This document shows, piece by piece, positions 47,706 through 56,595 of a stretch of 64,000 nucleotides of DNA. How positions within the stretch are numbered: the first letter of the stretch is position 1; every line of letters starts with the position of its first letter. Source of the stretch: Acutalibacteraceae bacterium (lineage in GTDB: Bacteria > Bacillota > Clostridia > Oscillospirales > Acutalibacteraceae); assembly GCA_045648765.1 (NCBI GenBank), contig JAZROQ010000003.1, positions 2,965-66,964 of the forward strand, written 5' to 3'. The notes under the pieces were generated by a model. That model worked only from the letters and a program-made list of their open reading frames with translations, was not told where the DNA came from and searched no databases. The position numbers were made by a program, and so were the translations under genes.

Positions 47706-48592
47706 ACGGTATTTTGTGTATCGACAAACCGCAACACATGACGTCGTTCGATTGTTGCGCGTTGTTGCGGCGCCTGACCGGCGAAAAAAAGGTTGGTCAT
47801 GCGGGAACGCTCGACCCCATGGCAACAGGGGTACTGCCGCTGATGTTCGGCAAAGCCACCCGCGCTATTCCGCTTTTGCCCACACACCGCAAATGCTATC
47901 GCGCCGAGGTGCAATTCGGCCTTACCAGCGACACGCTCGACGTGTGGGGAACGGTTTCTCAAACGGGCAAACCTTATCCCACGTTGGCGGAAATCGAAGC
48001 CGTTGTCCCGCAGTTTACGGGCGATATTTTGCAAGTCCCGCCTATGATGTCGGCACTTAAAAAAGACGGTGTTCGGTTGTACGATTTGGCACGTCAAGGC
48101 ATCGAAATCGAGCGTGAAGCGCGCCCGGTGACGATTTATGCGCTGACTATCGAAGCTTATGACCCACAAAAAGGGCTGCTTACTCTCACGTGTGATTGCT
48201 CGGCAGGCACCTACATTCGCACCTTGTGCGACGACATGGGACAAGCTTTGGGATGCGGCGCAGTGCTCAGCAGTTTGCGGCGCACCGCGGCAGCGGGGTA
48301 TGAACTTTCCGCTTGCCTTACCATTGAGCAATGCCGTGCTTTGGCAGAACAAGGTGCGCTTTTAGACCACGTGTTACCCACCGAAACCGCTTTCGAGGTA
48401 TACAAAGCACTCACCGTTACCAAGCCTCAGGCCACCCGCTTTCAAAACGGCGGGGAACTTGCCGCCGAACGGTTACCTATTACGCTAGCCGAAGGCGAAA
48501 CGGTGCGTGTTAACGCGCCCGACGGTGAGTTTATCGGTTTGGGGCAACTTGAACAGCAAAGTTTACGTATCCTTCGTATATTCAAGGAGTGA
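47702..48592 (+). CDS. truB: tRNA pseudouridine(55) synthase
   Basis: MNGILCIDKPQHMTSFD...KKVGHAGTLDPMATGVLPL (catalytic Asp). ATGA overlap with nrnA. Confidence 0.93.
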   Translation: MNGILCIDKPQHMTSFDCCALLRRLTGEKKVGHAGTLDPMATGVLPLMFGKATRAIPLLPTHRKCYRAEVQFGLTSDTLDVWGTVSQTGKPYPTLAEIEAVVPQFTGDILQVPPMMSALKKDGVRLYDLARQGIEIEREARPVTIYALTIEAYDPQKGLLTLTCDCSAGTYIRTLCDDMGQALGCGAVLSSLRRTAAAGYELSACLTIEQCRALAEQGALLDHVLPTETAFEVYKALTVTKPQATRFQNGGELAAERLPITLAEGETVRVNAPDGEFIGLGQLEQQSLRILRIFKE

Positions 48593-48597
48593 TTACC

Positions 48598-49326
48598 ATG
48601 AACGAAGAGAATATTCAAACAACCATACCCGCCGAACAAGAAGTCAAACCCAAAAAACGCGGCAAAGTTCGTTATGCCGCACCGCTTGGTTTTTTGGTGT
48701 TGTTTTTGGCACTTATTGGGTGTATCTCTGTGCTGACAAGCGCGGTGCGCTTGGTGACTCGTTGGAACGATGACACCCCGCTTCGCGAAGAATTGTATAC
48801 GTTTTTGGAACCTGTCATGCAGTTTTGTCCCTCGGATTTCGAAAGCGTCGAAACCGCCAAAGATTCCGATTCGTTGTTGCTTGCCGCGGCTTATCGCGTA
48901 ACCGAAGCAGAACGGATTCGCCAACTGCGCGAAAAAGACGAAAATTGCACCTATCCGTTTGAAGAAACGCAACACCGCATGATTGTCCCGCAAGAAGTAG
49001 TGGAAAAATCCTATGCCGCATTGTTTGGCAACGCCAAACTTTCGCACCGCACGGTGGGGAACACGGAATACGTTGCCGACAAAAAGAGTTACTACATTCC
49101 GCTTACTCTCAACACATCGGGGTATACGCCGCTACTCGGCAGAATCAAAGAAAAAAAGGATACCTACACCGTTAAAGTGGCGTACGTATCCAACAACGAT
49201 ATTCAGTACGACGAACGCGGCAACGCCATAGAACCCACCGAAAAAATGGCAAAATATACCCAGTGGTATACAGTCGAACGCACCGACAACGGGTTGGCAC
49301 TCCTTGCCGTTACCGCCGATTCGTAA
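48598..49326 (+). CDS. Membrane-anchored hypothetical protein
   Basis: The AAGGAG RBS lies 8 nt before the ATG at 48598. There is one TM helix (LGFLVLFLALIGCISVL). I recognised no family. Confidence 0.55.
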   Translation: MNEENIQTTIPAEQEVKPKKRGKVRYAAPLGFLVLFLALIGCISVLTSAVRLVTRWNDDTPLREELYTFLEPVMQFCPSDFESVETAKDSDSLLLAAAYRVTEAERIRQLREKDENCTYPFEETQHRMIVPQEVVEKSYAALFGNAKLSHRTVGNTEYVADKKSYYIPLTLNTSGYTPLLGRIKEKKDTYTVKVAYVSNNDIQYDERGNAIEPTEKMAKYTQWYTVERTDNGLALLAVTADS

Positions 49327-49336
49327 CTGCAAAAAC

Positions 49337-49372
49337 AAAAACCGTGTATTGCCAAGGCAATACACGGTTTTT
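49337..49372. terminator. Bidirectional terminator between convergent genes
   Basis: AAAAACCGTGTATTGCC-AA-GGCAATACACGGTTTTT. Confidence 0.8.
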
Positions 49373-49373
49373 G

Positions 49374-50291
49374 TTATTTCAAAAATCCGTTGATGATTTC
49401 TTCTTCGGCTTGTTGTTCCGAAAGACCCAATGTCATTAACTTAATCAGTTGTTCACCCGCAATTTTGCCGATTGCCGCTTCGTGAATGAGCGAAGCGTCC
49501 AAATGATTGGCAACAATTTCAGGGATAGCGCACACGCTGGCATCGTCCATCAAAATGGCATCGCATTCGGTGTGACCGCTGCAACGGTTGTTGCCGTGAA
49601 TGCGCGAAACAAAGCGTTGCTTGGACCGTTCTTTTGCCACCGACCGCGAAATCACGTTGGCCGAGGAATCCTCACCGTTCAGTTCCACGGTAAAATCCGT
49701 TTCGGCAAACTGGTCGCCGTGTGTCATCAGTTTTTCGCGAATTACCAAGGAAGCACCGCTTGCCACCTTGGCATCGGTAATACGGCGGGTGGAATCCACC
49801 CCTTTGATTTGCGTGGTTTCCAACTCCATGGTGGCGCCTTCTTCCAGCACGATCACCGTTTGCGGGTTCATCACGCGTTTACCGTTGCCGTCACCGTCGC
49901 CGTAATGCTTTTCCACATACCGCACTTTGGCGTTTTTACCCACGTAAAACGTGTGCACACCATCGTGACGTGATTCTTCGTCGCCGCTGTTGTGAATACC
50001 GCACCCTGCCACAATGGTTACGTCGGCATCGTCACCAATAAAGAAATCGTTGTAAACCAGTTCTTGCAACCCTGCTTTGCTGATAACCACAGGAATATGC
50101 ACACTTTCGTTTTTGGTGCCGGGTTTAATGCGAATATCAATTCCCGGTTTGTCGGTCTTGGTCACAATATCAATGTTGGCAGTGGTGGCACGCCCTGCCG
50201 CTTCGCCGTTGGCGCGGATGTTGTATGCCCCTTCCGGTACGTCGTGCAAATCCGCCACGGCTTCCAATAATGTTTTTTCAATCGTATTCAT
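49374..50291 (-). CDS. SufB/SufD family Fe-S cluster assembly protein
   Basis: 305 aa. The C-terminal beta-helix region ends ...EAAIGKIAGEQLIKLMTLGLSEQQAEEEIINGFL, which is typical of SufB/D. It follows sufC directly. Confidence 0.75.
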   Translation of the reverse strand: MNTIEKTLLEAVADLHDVPEGAYNIRANGEAAGRATTANIDIVTKTDKPGIDIRIKPGTKNESVHIPVVISKAGLQELVYNDFFIGDDADVTIVAGCGIHNSGDEESRHDGVHTFYVGKNAKVRYVEKHYGDGDGNGKRVMNPQTVIVLEEGATMELETTQIKGVDSTRRITDAKVASGASLVIREKLMTHGDQFAETDFTVELNGEDSSANVISRSVAKERSKQRFVSRIHGNNRCSGHTECDAILMDDASVCAIPEIVANHLDASLIHEAAIGKIAGEQLIKLMTLGLSEQQAEEEIINGFLK

Positions 50292-50294
50292 CGC

Positions 50295-51020
50295 TTACAC
50301 CAACTTTTCCGTTAACGCTTGGCAAGTTCCCGCTTTGTCCAAAAGACGCGGCAAAATGGTGGCGGGTGTGCCAATGTCGGTAATCTCGCCGCCCGCAATC
50401 ACCACAATTTTGTCGGCAATGTTCAAAATGCGTTCTTGGTGCGAGATAATCAGGATAGAGCCGCCCTCTTTTTCGTGCATGTTTTCAAACACACGAATCA
50501 AGTTTTGGAAACTCCACAAATCAATGCCTGCTTCGGGTTCATCAAACACCGTCACGCGTGTGCCGCGCACCATCACAGTGGCAATTTCAATACGTTTGAG
50601 TTCACCACCCGATAAACTGGCGTTGATTTCGCGGTTGATGTAATCTTTGGCGCACAACCCCACCTCGGAAAGGTAAGCACACGCTTCGGTAATAGACATG
50701 TTTTTGCCTGCGGCAAGCGACAACAAATCGCGCACCGTAATGCCCTTAAACCGCACCGGTTGCTGAAACGCAAAACTAATACCGCGGTTGGCGCGTTCGG
50801 TAATGCTAAGTGCGGTAATATCCTCGCCGTCCAGCAAAATCGAACCGTTTGTGGGCACCAAAATACCCGCAATCACCTTGGCAAGGGTGGATTTACCGCC
50901 ACCATTGGGACCGGTAATTGCCACAAAGCGCTCATCGATTTGCAAATTGATGTCTTTTAATATATCTTTTGGACCGTCTTCGGTTTCGACGGTATAGCTA
51001 ATGTGTTTGAGCTCTAACAT
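50295..51020 (-). CDS. sufC: Fe-S cluster assembly ATPase SufC
   Basis: Walker A GPNGGGKST, signature LSGGELKR, Walker B VTVFDEPEAGID and ISHQERIL. Confidence 0.88.
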   Translation of the reverse strand: MLELKHISYTVETEDGPKDILKDINLQIDERFVAITGPNGGGKSTLAKVIAGILVPTNGSILLDGEDITALSITERANRGISFAFQQPVRFKGITVRDLLSLAAGKNMSITEACAYLSEVGLCAKDYINREINASLSGGELKRIEIATVMVRGTRVTVFDEPEAGIDLWSFQNLIRVFENMHEKEGGSILIISHQERILNIADKIVVIAGGEITDIGTPATILPRLLDKAGTCQALTEKLV

Positions 51021-51197
51021 GCTTGTCCTCCGTTTGAACTTCGTACTATTCGGTATTGTACCACAGTTTTCTGCAAATTAAAAGAGTAAAATTTATTTGT
51101 ACCAATAAAAAGTAACTTTGTTGATTTTTTTGTTTTGTAGTCGTATAATACAATCAATAACTAACGTAAAAAACACTGCTTGGGGAGTCGTTTGTAG

Positions 51198-52196
51198 ATG
51201 AAAAAGGTTTTATTGGGCACAAAGAAGAATTTTTACAAAGCCAATATGCATTGTCACAGTAATTTGTCCGATGCCACGCTTACACCCGAACAACTAAAAG
51301 CGCTTTATAAAGGGAATGGATATAGCATTCTTGCCATCACCGACCACGACAGTATTCGCAACCATTCCTACCTTGATGACGAGGATTTTCTCACCATAAC
51401 GTCTATGGAAATTTCCATCAAAGAGCGGCTGGTTTCCACCAGTGTCGACCGCCACATGAAGGTTTGTCACCTGAACGTCTATGCCGAAAAGCAGGATAAC
51501 GAGTATAACGTTTGTTACAGTTCCGCTTACGATAAATATTCCCCCAAAGAAAGGGTAGAGGCTATCGTTAAAAAAGACGGTGACCACCAAAGAACCTACA
51601 GCGCCCAAGGCATTAACGAAATCATCGAGGCTGCCAACAAAAACGGCTTTTTGGTAAGCTATAATCACCCAACGTGGTCGCTCGAAACTTACGAACAGTA
51701 TTCGCAATATACCGGAATATGGGGCGTCGAAATTTTTAACACGTCCTGTGTCACGGCAGGTCTTTTCGAATATAACGACCACGTTTTTGATGAATTTTTA
51801 AGAATGGGAAAAAGAGTATTCCCCGTAGCAGCCGACGATAATCACAACGATAGAGATGATAGTTTCGGCGGTTTTATCATGGTAAACAGCGATGCGTTAC
51901 AATACGAAAACATCATCGAATCGTTAAAGTGCGGTGATTTTTATGCCTCTACCGGTCCGTTAATCGATGAGGTTTTTGTAGAAGGTGATACAGTAACGGT
52001 AAAATGTGCAAACGCCAAACACGTTTATCTGTCTACTTGTTCCAGACGTGCTTACGGTATACACGCGCCAAACGACGGCTATTTAAACGAAGCAGAATTT
52101 AAATTTATTCCCGATGACATCTATTTTAGAATAACCGTTGTCGATGAGTTTGGAAATCGTGCAAACACCGGTGCTTTTTTCATAGAAGAACTTTAA
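51198..52196 (+). CDS. PHP-domain metal-dependent phosphoesterase
   Basis: MHCHSNLSDA...LAITDHD...NHPTW...AADDNH are PHP His/Asp motifs. A TTGATT-17-TATAAT promoter candidate lies at about 51122-51150. Confidence 0.7.
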   Translation: MKKVLLGTKKNFYKANMHCHSNLSDATLTPEQLKALYKGNGYSILAITDHDSIRNHSYLDDEDFLTITSMEISIKERLVSTSVDRHMKVCHLNVYAEKQDNEYNVCYSSAYDKYSPKERVEAIVKKDGDHQRTYSAQGINEIIEAANKNGFLVSYNHPTWSLETYEQYSQYTGIWGVEIFNTSCVTAGLFEYNDHVFDEFLRMGKRVFPVAADDNHNDRDDSFGGFIMVNSDALQYENIIESLKCGDFYASTGPLIDEVFVEGDTVTVKCANAKHVYLSTCSRRAYGIHAPNDGYLNEAEFKFIPDDIYFRITVVDEFGNRANTGAFFIEEL

Positions 52197-52201
52197 AATC
52201 A

Positions 52202-52228
52202 AAAGCGGCCCTTCGGGGTCGCTTTTTT
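52202..52228 (+). terminator. Terminator after the PHP gene
   Basis: AAAGCGGCCC-TTCG-GGGTCGCTTT followed by a T-run. Confidence 0.7.
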
Positions 52229-52325
52229 GCTATCCAAAACCTACCACAAGGCAAGAGGGTTGTATCTTTTTGAAAAGTGTGTTATACTGTCCTATATATT
52301 GCTTACAAAAAAAGGGGGATTTACC

Positions 52326-53456
52326 GTGATATATTTGGATAACAGCGCGACCACAGCGGTTTCGCCGTCGGTGGCACAAGCTATGGTCGAAGTCATGACA
52401 AATAACTACGGCAATCCTTCCTCGTTGCATACGCTGGGTGTCGAAGCCGAAACCGCCGTCACGGCCGCGCGGGGTGCTGTTGCCAAACTCGTTGGCGCGG
52501 CGGCAGACCAAATCGTTTTTACCGGCAGCGGCACCGAAGCCAACAATCTGGCAATTTTGGGTGGCGCGGCAGCCAAAAACCGCCGTCCGCACGTGGCAGT
52601 CACCACTGCGGTGGAACATCCGTCGGTGGCGGCGTGTTTTGACGAACTCGAAAAACAAGGTTGGTCGGTTATCCGCCTTATTCCTAATGAAAATGGCATT
52701 GTCACCCCCGAACAAGTGGCAAATGCTTGCAGTGCCGATACCACCTTGGTCAGCATTATGGCAGTTAATAACGAAACGGGCGCTCGGTTCGACATTCCTG
52801 CCATGGTTGCAAGCGTTAAACGCATTGCTCCCGAAGCACTGTTCCATACCGACTGTGTGCAAGCAGCGGGCAAACTGCCCTTGTTTGCCGAACGGTGGGG
52901 CGTGGATCTTATGTCGGTCAGCGGCCACAAATTGCATGGGCCCAAAGGGGTAGGGGCGCTGTATATTCGCAAAGGTGTCCGTTTGTTGCCCCGCACCCTC
53001 GGCGGTGGGCAAGAACGTGGCTTGCGCTCGGGCACCGAACCGGTTCCCGCCATTGTCGGTTTTGGCACTGCGGCGGCAGAAGTGGCACCGTTTGCCGAAC
53101 AAGAAAAACACTATACCGCCTTGCGTGAAGAATTGCTTGAACAACTCAAAGCATTGCCCGATGTGCGGTTGCATTTGCCCGCAAGCGCTGTGCCGTACAT
53201 TGTCAATTTTTCACTTGTGGGTTTTCGCAGTGAAACGCTGGTGCACTTTTTGGCATCGCACGGGATTTTTGTTTCGGGCGGGTCGGCGTGTTCCAAAGGC
53301 AAACATAGCCCTGTGCTAACCGCTTTGGGGTTGCCCGAACGCGAAATCGACAGTTCACTGCGCATCAGTTTTTCCTATCACACCACAAAACAGGAGATAC
53401 ACGCCTTGGCAGATGCTTTAAAGCAAGCCACTGCCACGTTACAAAGGAGAAAATAA
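52326..53456 (+). CDS. nifS: Cysteine desulfurase (NifS/NifZ/IscS class V aminotransferase)
   Basis: GTG start after an AAAGGGGGA RBS. VIYLDNSATT, GNPSSLH, SGHKLHGPKGVGALY (PLP Lys) and SGGSACS (catalytic Cys). Confidence 0.9.
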   Translation: MIYLDNSATTAVSPSVAQAMVEVMTNNYGNPSSLHTLGVEAETAVTAARGAVAKLVGAAADQIVFTGSGTEANNLAILGGAAAKNRRPHVAVTTAVEHPSVAACFDELEKQGWSVIRLIPNENGIVTPEQVANACSADTTLVSIMAVNNETGARFDIPAMVASVKRIAPEALFHTDCVQAAGKLPLFAERWGVDLMSVSGHKLHGPKGVGALYIRKGVRLLPRTLGGGQERGLRSGTEPVPAIVGFGTAAAEVAPFAEQEKHYTALREELLEQLKALPDVRLHLPASAVPYIVNFSLVGFRSETLVHFLASHGIFVSGGSACSKGKHSPVLTALGLPEREIDSSLRISFSYHTTKQEIHALADALKQATATLQRRK

Positions 53457-53460
53457 ACGG

Positions 53461-54453
53461 ATGAACAAATTTTTCTCGTTTTTAAAGACGATTATCCCCA
53501 TCAAAGGCGACAGCAAACGCGAATGGATTCGCAAACTTTCGTTTTTGTTGGCACTTTTTGTGTTTATCGGTTGCGCGGGGTATTTGGTTGACGATTTGTT
53601 GTTGCAACCTTACAGCACCCAAAAAATCACACAACAAGCGCAAGATTGGTACCACACCGAGCCGGATAACACGCCGCAAACACCCGAAGAAGAGGATACA
53701 ACGGTGGTTTACCCTGAAGAACTGGACGAATCGTTTTATGCGTTGTACCGTCGCAATCAAGATATCAAAGCGTGGCTCACATTTGCCACCACGGGCGAAG
53801 ACTTGTTCAACGGTGCCATCGATAACCCCGTGGTACAATCGGCCGATAACGATTTTTATCTAAACCGAAACTATCTCAAAGAACCCGAAAAAGCAGGGAC
53901 GTTGTATTTTGACTATCGCAACGATTTGTCGGTGGGTGCTCAAAACCGCAACTTGATTATTTACGGTCATAACCTTCCCAGCGGTCTGATGTTTTCGCGT
54001 TTTAACTTGCTTGCCAAAGGCAACGTGGATTATGCGCGCCGCTTGACCACGCTCACGCTGGATACGTGGTATGGGGAACAACGGACATACAAAGTGTTTG
54101 CGGTTATGATTATCAACGCCGAAAACAAAGAAGAAAAAATGTTCAACTACCTGCGCACCCAATTTACCGACGACTCGTTTTTGGAATTTACCGACCAAAT
54201 TCGCCGTCGCTCGCTGTTTGATTTTGGTGACGTCGATATTCAAAAAACCGACGAAATTATCACGCTTTCCACTTGCTCCAACAAACGAGAAACCAAACTC
54301 ACCGATGCGCGCACCGTCATTGTGGCGCGCCGCGTGCGCGAGGGGGAAGACCCCGCAGTAGATACCACCAAAACGGTTGCCAACACAGACGTGCTAATGC
54401 CGAAAATGTGGTACATCGCGTCTAAAAAAGAATTACCCGAAGAATATCGTTGA
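53461..54453 (+). CDS. Class B sortase-like transpeptidase (TM-anchored)
   Basis: N-terminal TM helix, NQDIKAWLTF...DNPVVQSADNDFYLNRNY, IIYGHNL (catalytic His), ITLSTCS (catalytic Cys) and IVARRV (Arg). Confidence 0.75.
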   Translation: MNKFFSFLKTIIPIKGDSKREWIRKLSFLLALFVFIGCAGYLVDDLLLQPYSTQKITQQAQDWYHTEPDNTPQTPEEEDTTVVYPEELDESFYALYRRNQDIKAWLTFATTGEDLFNGAIDNPVVQSADNDFYLNRNYLKEPEKAGTLYFDYRNDLSVGAQNRNLIIYGHNLPSGLMFSRFNLLAKGNVDYARRLTTLTLDTWYGEQRTYKVFAVMIINAENKEEKMFNYLRTQFTDDSFLEFTDQIRRRSLFDFGDVDIQKTDEIITLSTCSNKRETKLTDARTVIVARRVREGEDPAVDTTKTVANTDVLMPKMWYIASKKELPEEYR

Positions 54454-54483
54454 ATGTGTATCTTTGCTTTGCAAAGATACACA

Positions 54484-54658
54484 GCGATATAAATTCCTAA
54501 CGGAATTTGCGATATATACTCCGTATGCGATATATCTTCGATGCGATATGTCCCTTCGGGACACGGATAGGAATTTATATTATATCGCAACGAACGAAGT
54601 GAAGTTATATCGCATTTGGTAAACAAATATATCGCACGAGCAAAGCGAGTATATCGCA
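54484..54658. repeat. Array of eight 9-bp motifs: 4 x TGCGATAT(A) followed by 4 x TATATCGCA
   Basis: GCGATAT starts at 54484, 54509, 54527 and 54543. ATATCGC starts at 54582, 54607, 54629 and 54651 (spacing 25/22/22). The centre is the GTCCCTTCGGGAC hairpin at 54550-54562. Confidence 0.8.
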
Positions 54659-54672
54659 AAAGGAGACAAAAA

Positions 54673-55020
54673 ATGGCAGAAAAAACGATTAAGGAAATGG
54701 CAGTGGAATTAACCGTTGAAATAACCGCTATATGTGACGATATTAAAGGACGAACTGTTTTTGTGAATCAATTATTACGTTCTTGTTCTTCAATAGGCGC
54801 AAATTCGCACGAAGCAAAATATGCTCAAAGTAAGTTGGATTTTATCAGTAAAATGGAAATTGCATTAAAAGAGTGTTATGAAACCGAATATTGGTTTGAA
54901 ATACTTTTCAAAATCAACAGTATTGATGAAACCACCTATAAAAAGCTTTTGAATACATGCGGCACTATACGAAGAAAGCTCATCGCTTCTATTACTACTG
55001 TTAAGGGAAAAAACAGTTGA
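54673..55020 (+). CDS. Four-helix-bundle protein (23S rRNA intervening-sequence protein family)
   Basis: VNQLLRSCSSIGANSHEAKYAQSKLDFISKMEIALKECYETEYWFEIL is the family signature (IGANI.EA....S..DF..K...A..E..ET.YW). AAAGGAGA RBS. Confidence 0.8.
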   Translation: MAEKTIKEMAVELTVEITAICDDIKGRTVFVNQLLRSCSSIGANSHEAKYAQSKLDFISKMEIALKECYETEYWFEILFKINSIDETTYKKLLNTCGTIRRKLIASITTVKGKNS

Positions 55021-55046
55021 GTTAAAAGTGTTAGGATAATTGCCAA

Positions 55047-55382
55047 ATGAAACACAACATGAAACTAAACCCCGTTCCGTTCGAAAGGATTAAGAGCGGA
55101 GAAAAAACAATCGAAATTCGTTTGTTTGATGAAAAACGTCAGCAAATCAAAGCAGGGGATAAAATTGTTTTCACCAATAATACTTCCGGTGAAACCTTGG
55201 ATACATTGGTTGTGAAATTGCATCGCTTTGAGAGTTTCGAAGAATTATATAAATCGTTACCTCTTCTAAAATGTGGATATACAACTGAAAATGTTGACAA
55301 AGCAAAACCATCTGATATGGAACAATATTATTCTTTGGAAGAGCAGAACAAATACGGTGTTGTTGGTATTGAACTTTGTTGA
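55047..55382 (+). CDS. ASCH (PUA-like) domain protein
   Basis: 111 aa. MKLNPVPFERIKSGEKTIEIRLFDEKRQQIKAGDKIVF is typical of ASCH N-termini. Confidence 0.7.
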   Translation: MKHNMKLNPVPFERIKSGEKTIEIRLFDEKRQQIKAGDKIVFTNNTSGETLDTLVVKLHRFESFEELYKSLPLLKCGYTTENVDKAKPSDMEQYYSLEEQNKYGVVGIELC

Positions 55383-55412
55383 CCTAAAAAATTACAGACG
55401 AGAGGATAAAAA

Positions 55413-56579
55413 ATGAACGAAATCATTCTGATTAAAAACGGCGAACTGGCGCTCAAAGGCTTAAACCGCAGTACGTTCGAAGAAGTGTTGCTCAAAAATT
55501 TGCGTCACCGTTTACGCACGGTGGGGAATTTCACGTTGCGCAAAGCGCAATCCACCGTATATATCGAACCGCGCGACGAAGTAACCGATTGGGATACCGT
55601 CAGCGACCAAGTTGCCAAGGTGTTTGGCATTTCCGCCTTTTCCCGCGCCTGTGTGGTCGAAAAGGATTTAGAAGCCATCAAATCCGCCGCGGCGGAATAT
55701 TTGGCGCCGTCGCTGCAAATGGCGCGCACGTTCAAAGTGGAGGCCAAACGCGCCGACAAACAATTCCCCCTGACTTCTCCGCAAATTTGCGCCGAAGTGG
55801 GCGGTGCTGTATTGAGTGCGTTCCCGCACTTGACCGTAGACGTTCATAACCCCGAAGTGACCGTTTGGGTAGAAGTTCGCGATTTTGGCGCCTACATTCA
55901 CGGCCCGCAACAACAAGGTGCGGGCGGTATGCCGGTGGGCACGGGCGGAAAAGCCGCCATTTTGATTTCGGGCGGTATCGATTCACCTGTTGCCGCCTAT
56001 ATGATGGCCAAACGCGGTATTTCACTTTTTGGTGTTCACTTTGCTTCACCGCCCTATACCAGCGAACGCGCCGAAATGAAGGTGGTTTCGCTGCTCGAAA
56101 AAGTCAGTGAATACGCGGGGCACATGTCACTTGCCATTGTCCCGTTTACCCATATTCAAGAAGAAATCGGAAAACATTGCCCCGAAGAACTGTTCACCTT
56201 GGTTATGCGCCGTTTTATGATGCGCATTGCCACGCGCTTGGCACAAGAAAACGAGTGTTCGGCACTTGTTACGGGCGAAAGCGTGGGACAAGTTGCCAGT
56301 CAAACGCTTCCGGCACTGGTTTGTACCGATGCGGTAGCCGATCTGCCTGTTTTGCGACCTGTGATCGGTATGGACAAAGAAGAAATCATCGCCATTTCGC
56401 GGCGCATCGACACGTTTGATATTTCCATTCAACCGTACGAAGATTGTTGCACTGTGTTTACCCCGCGTCATCCGCGTACCCGCCCCCGTATCGAAGAACT
56501 CGAAGCGGCGGAATCGTTGTTAGCGGTAGACGAACTCATCGAAGAAGCCGTTGCCGGCGTACGGTATCGGAAAATCTGA
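55413..56579 (+). CDS. thiI: tRNA 4-thiouridine(8) synthase ThiI (no rhodanese domain)
   Basis: THUMP N-terminal region and the PP-loop LISGGIDSPVAAYMM. 388 aa. Confidence 0.92.
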   Translation: MNEIILIKNGELALKGLNRSTFEEVLLKNLRHRLRTVGNFTLRKAQSTVYIEPRDEVTDWDTVSDQVAKVFGISAFSRACVVEKDLEAIKSAAAEYLAPSLQMARTFKVEAKRADKQFPLTSPQICAEVGGAVLSAFPHLTVDVHNPEVTVWVEVRDFGAYIHGPQQQGAGGMPVGTGGKAAILISGGIDSPVAAYMMAKRGISLFGVHFASPPYTSERAEMKVVSLLEKVSEYAGHMSLAIVPFTHIQEEIGKHCPEELFTLVMRRFMMRIATRLAQENECSALVTGESVGQVASQTLPALVCTDAVADLPVLRPVIGMDKEEIIAISRRIDTFDISIQPYEDCCTVFTPRHPRTRPRIEELEAAESLLAVDELIEEAVAGVRYRKI

Positions 56580-56595
56580 TAAGGTGGTGAAAACC

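Noticed and set aside
54484-54658. CRISPR array
   Set aside because: The repeats are only 9 bp, occur in both orientations, have 9-16-nt gaps and no cas genes are nearby. The Thr-codon repeats at 58760-58978 lie inside a long ORF and were rejected for the same reason.
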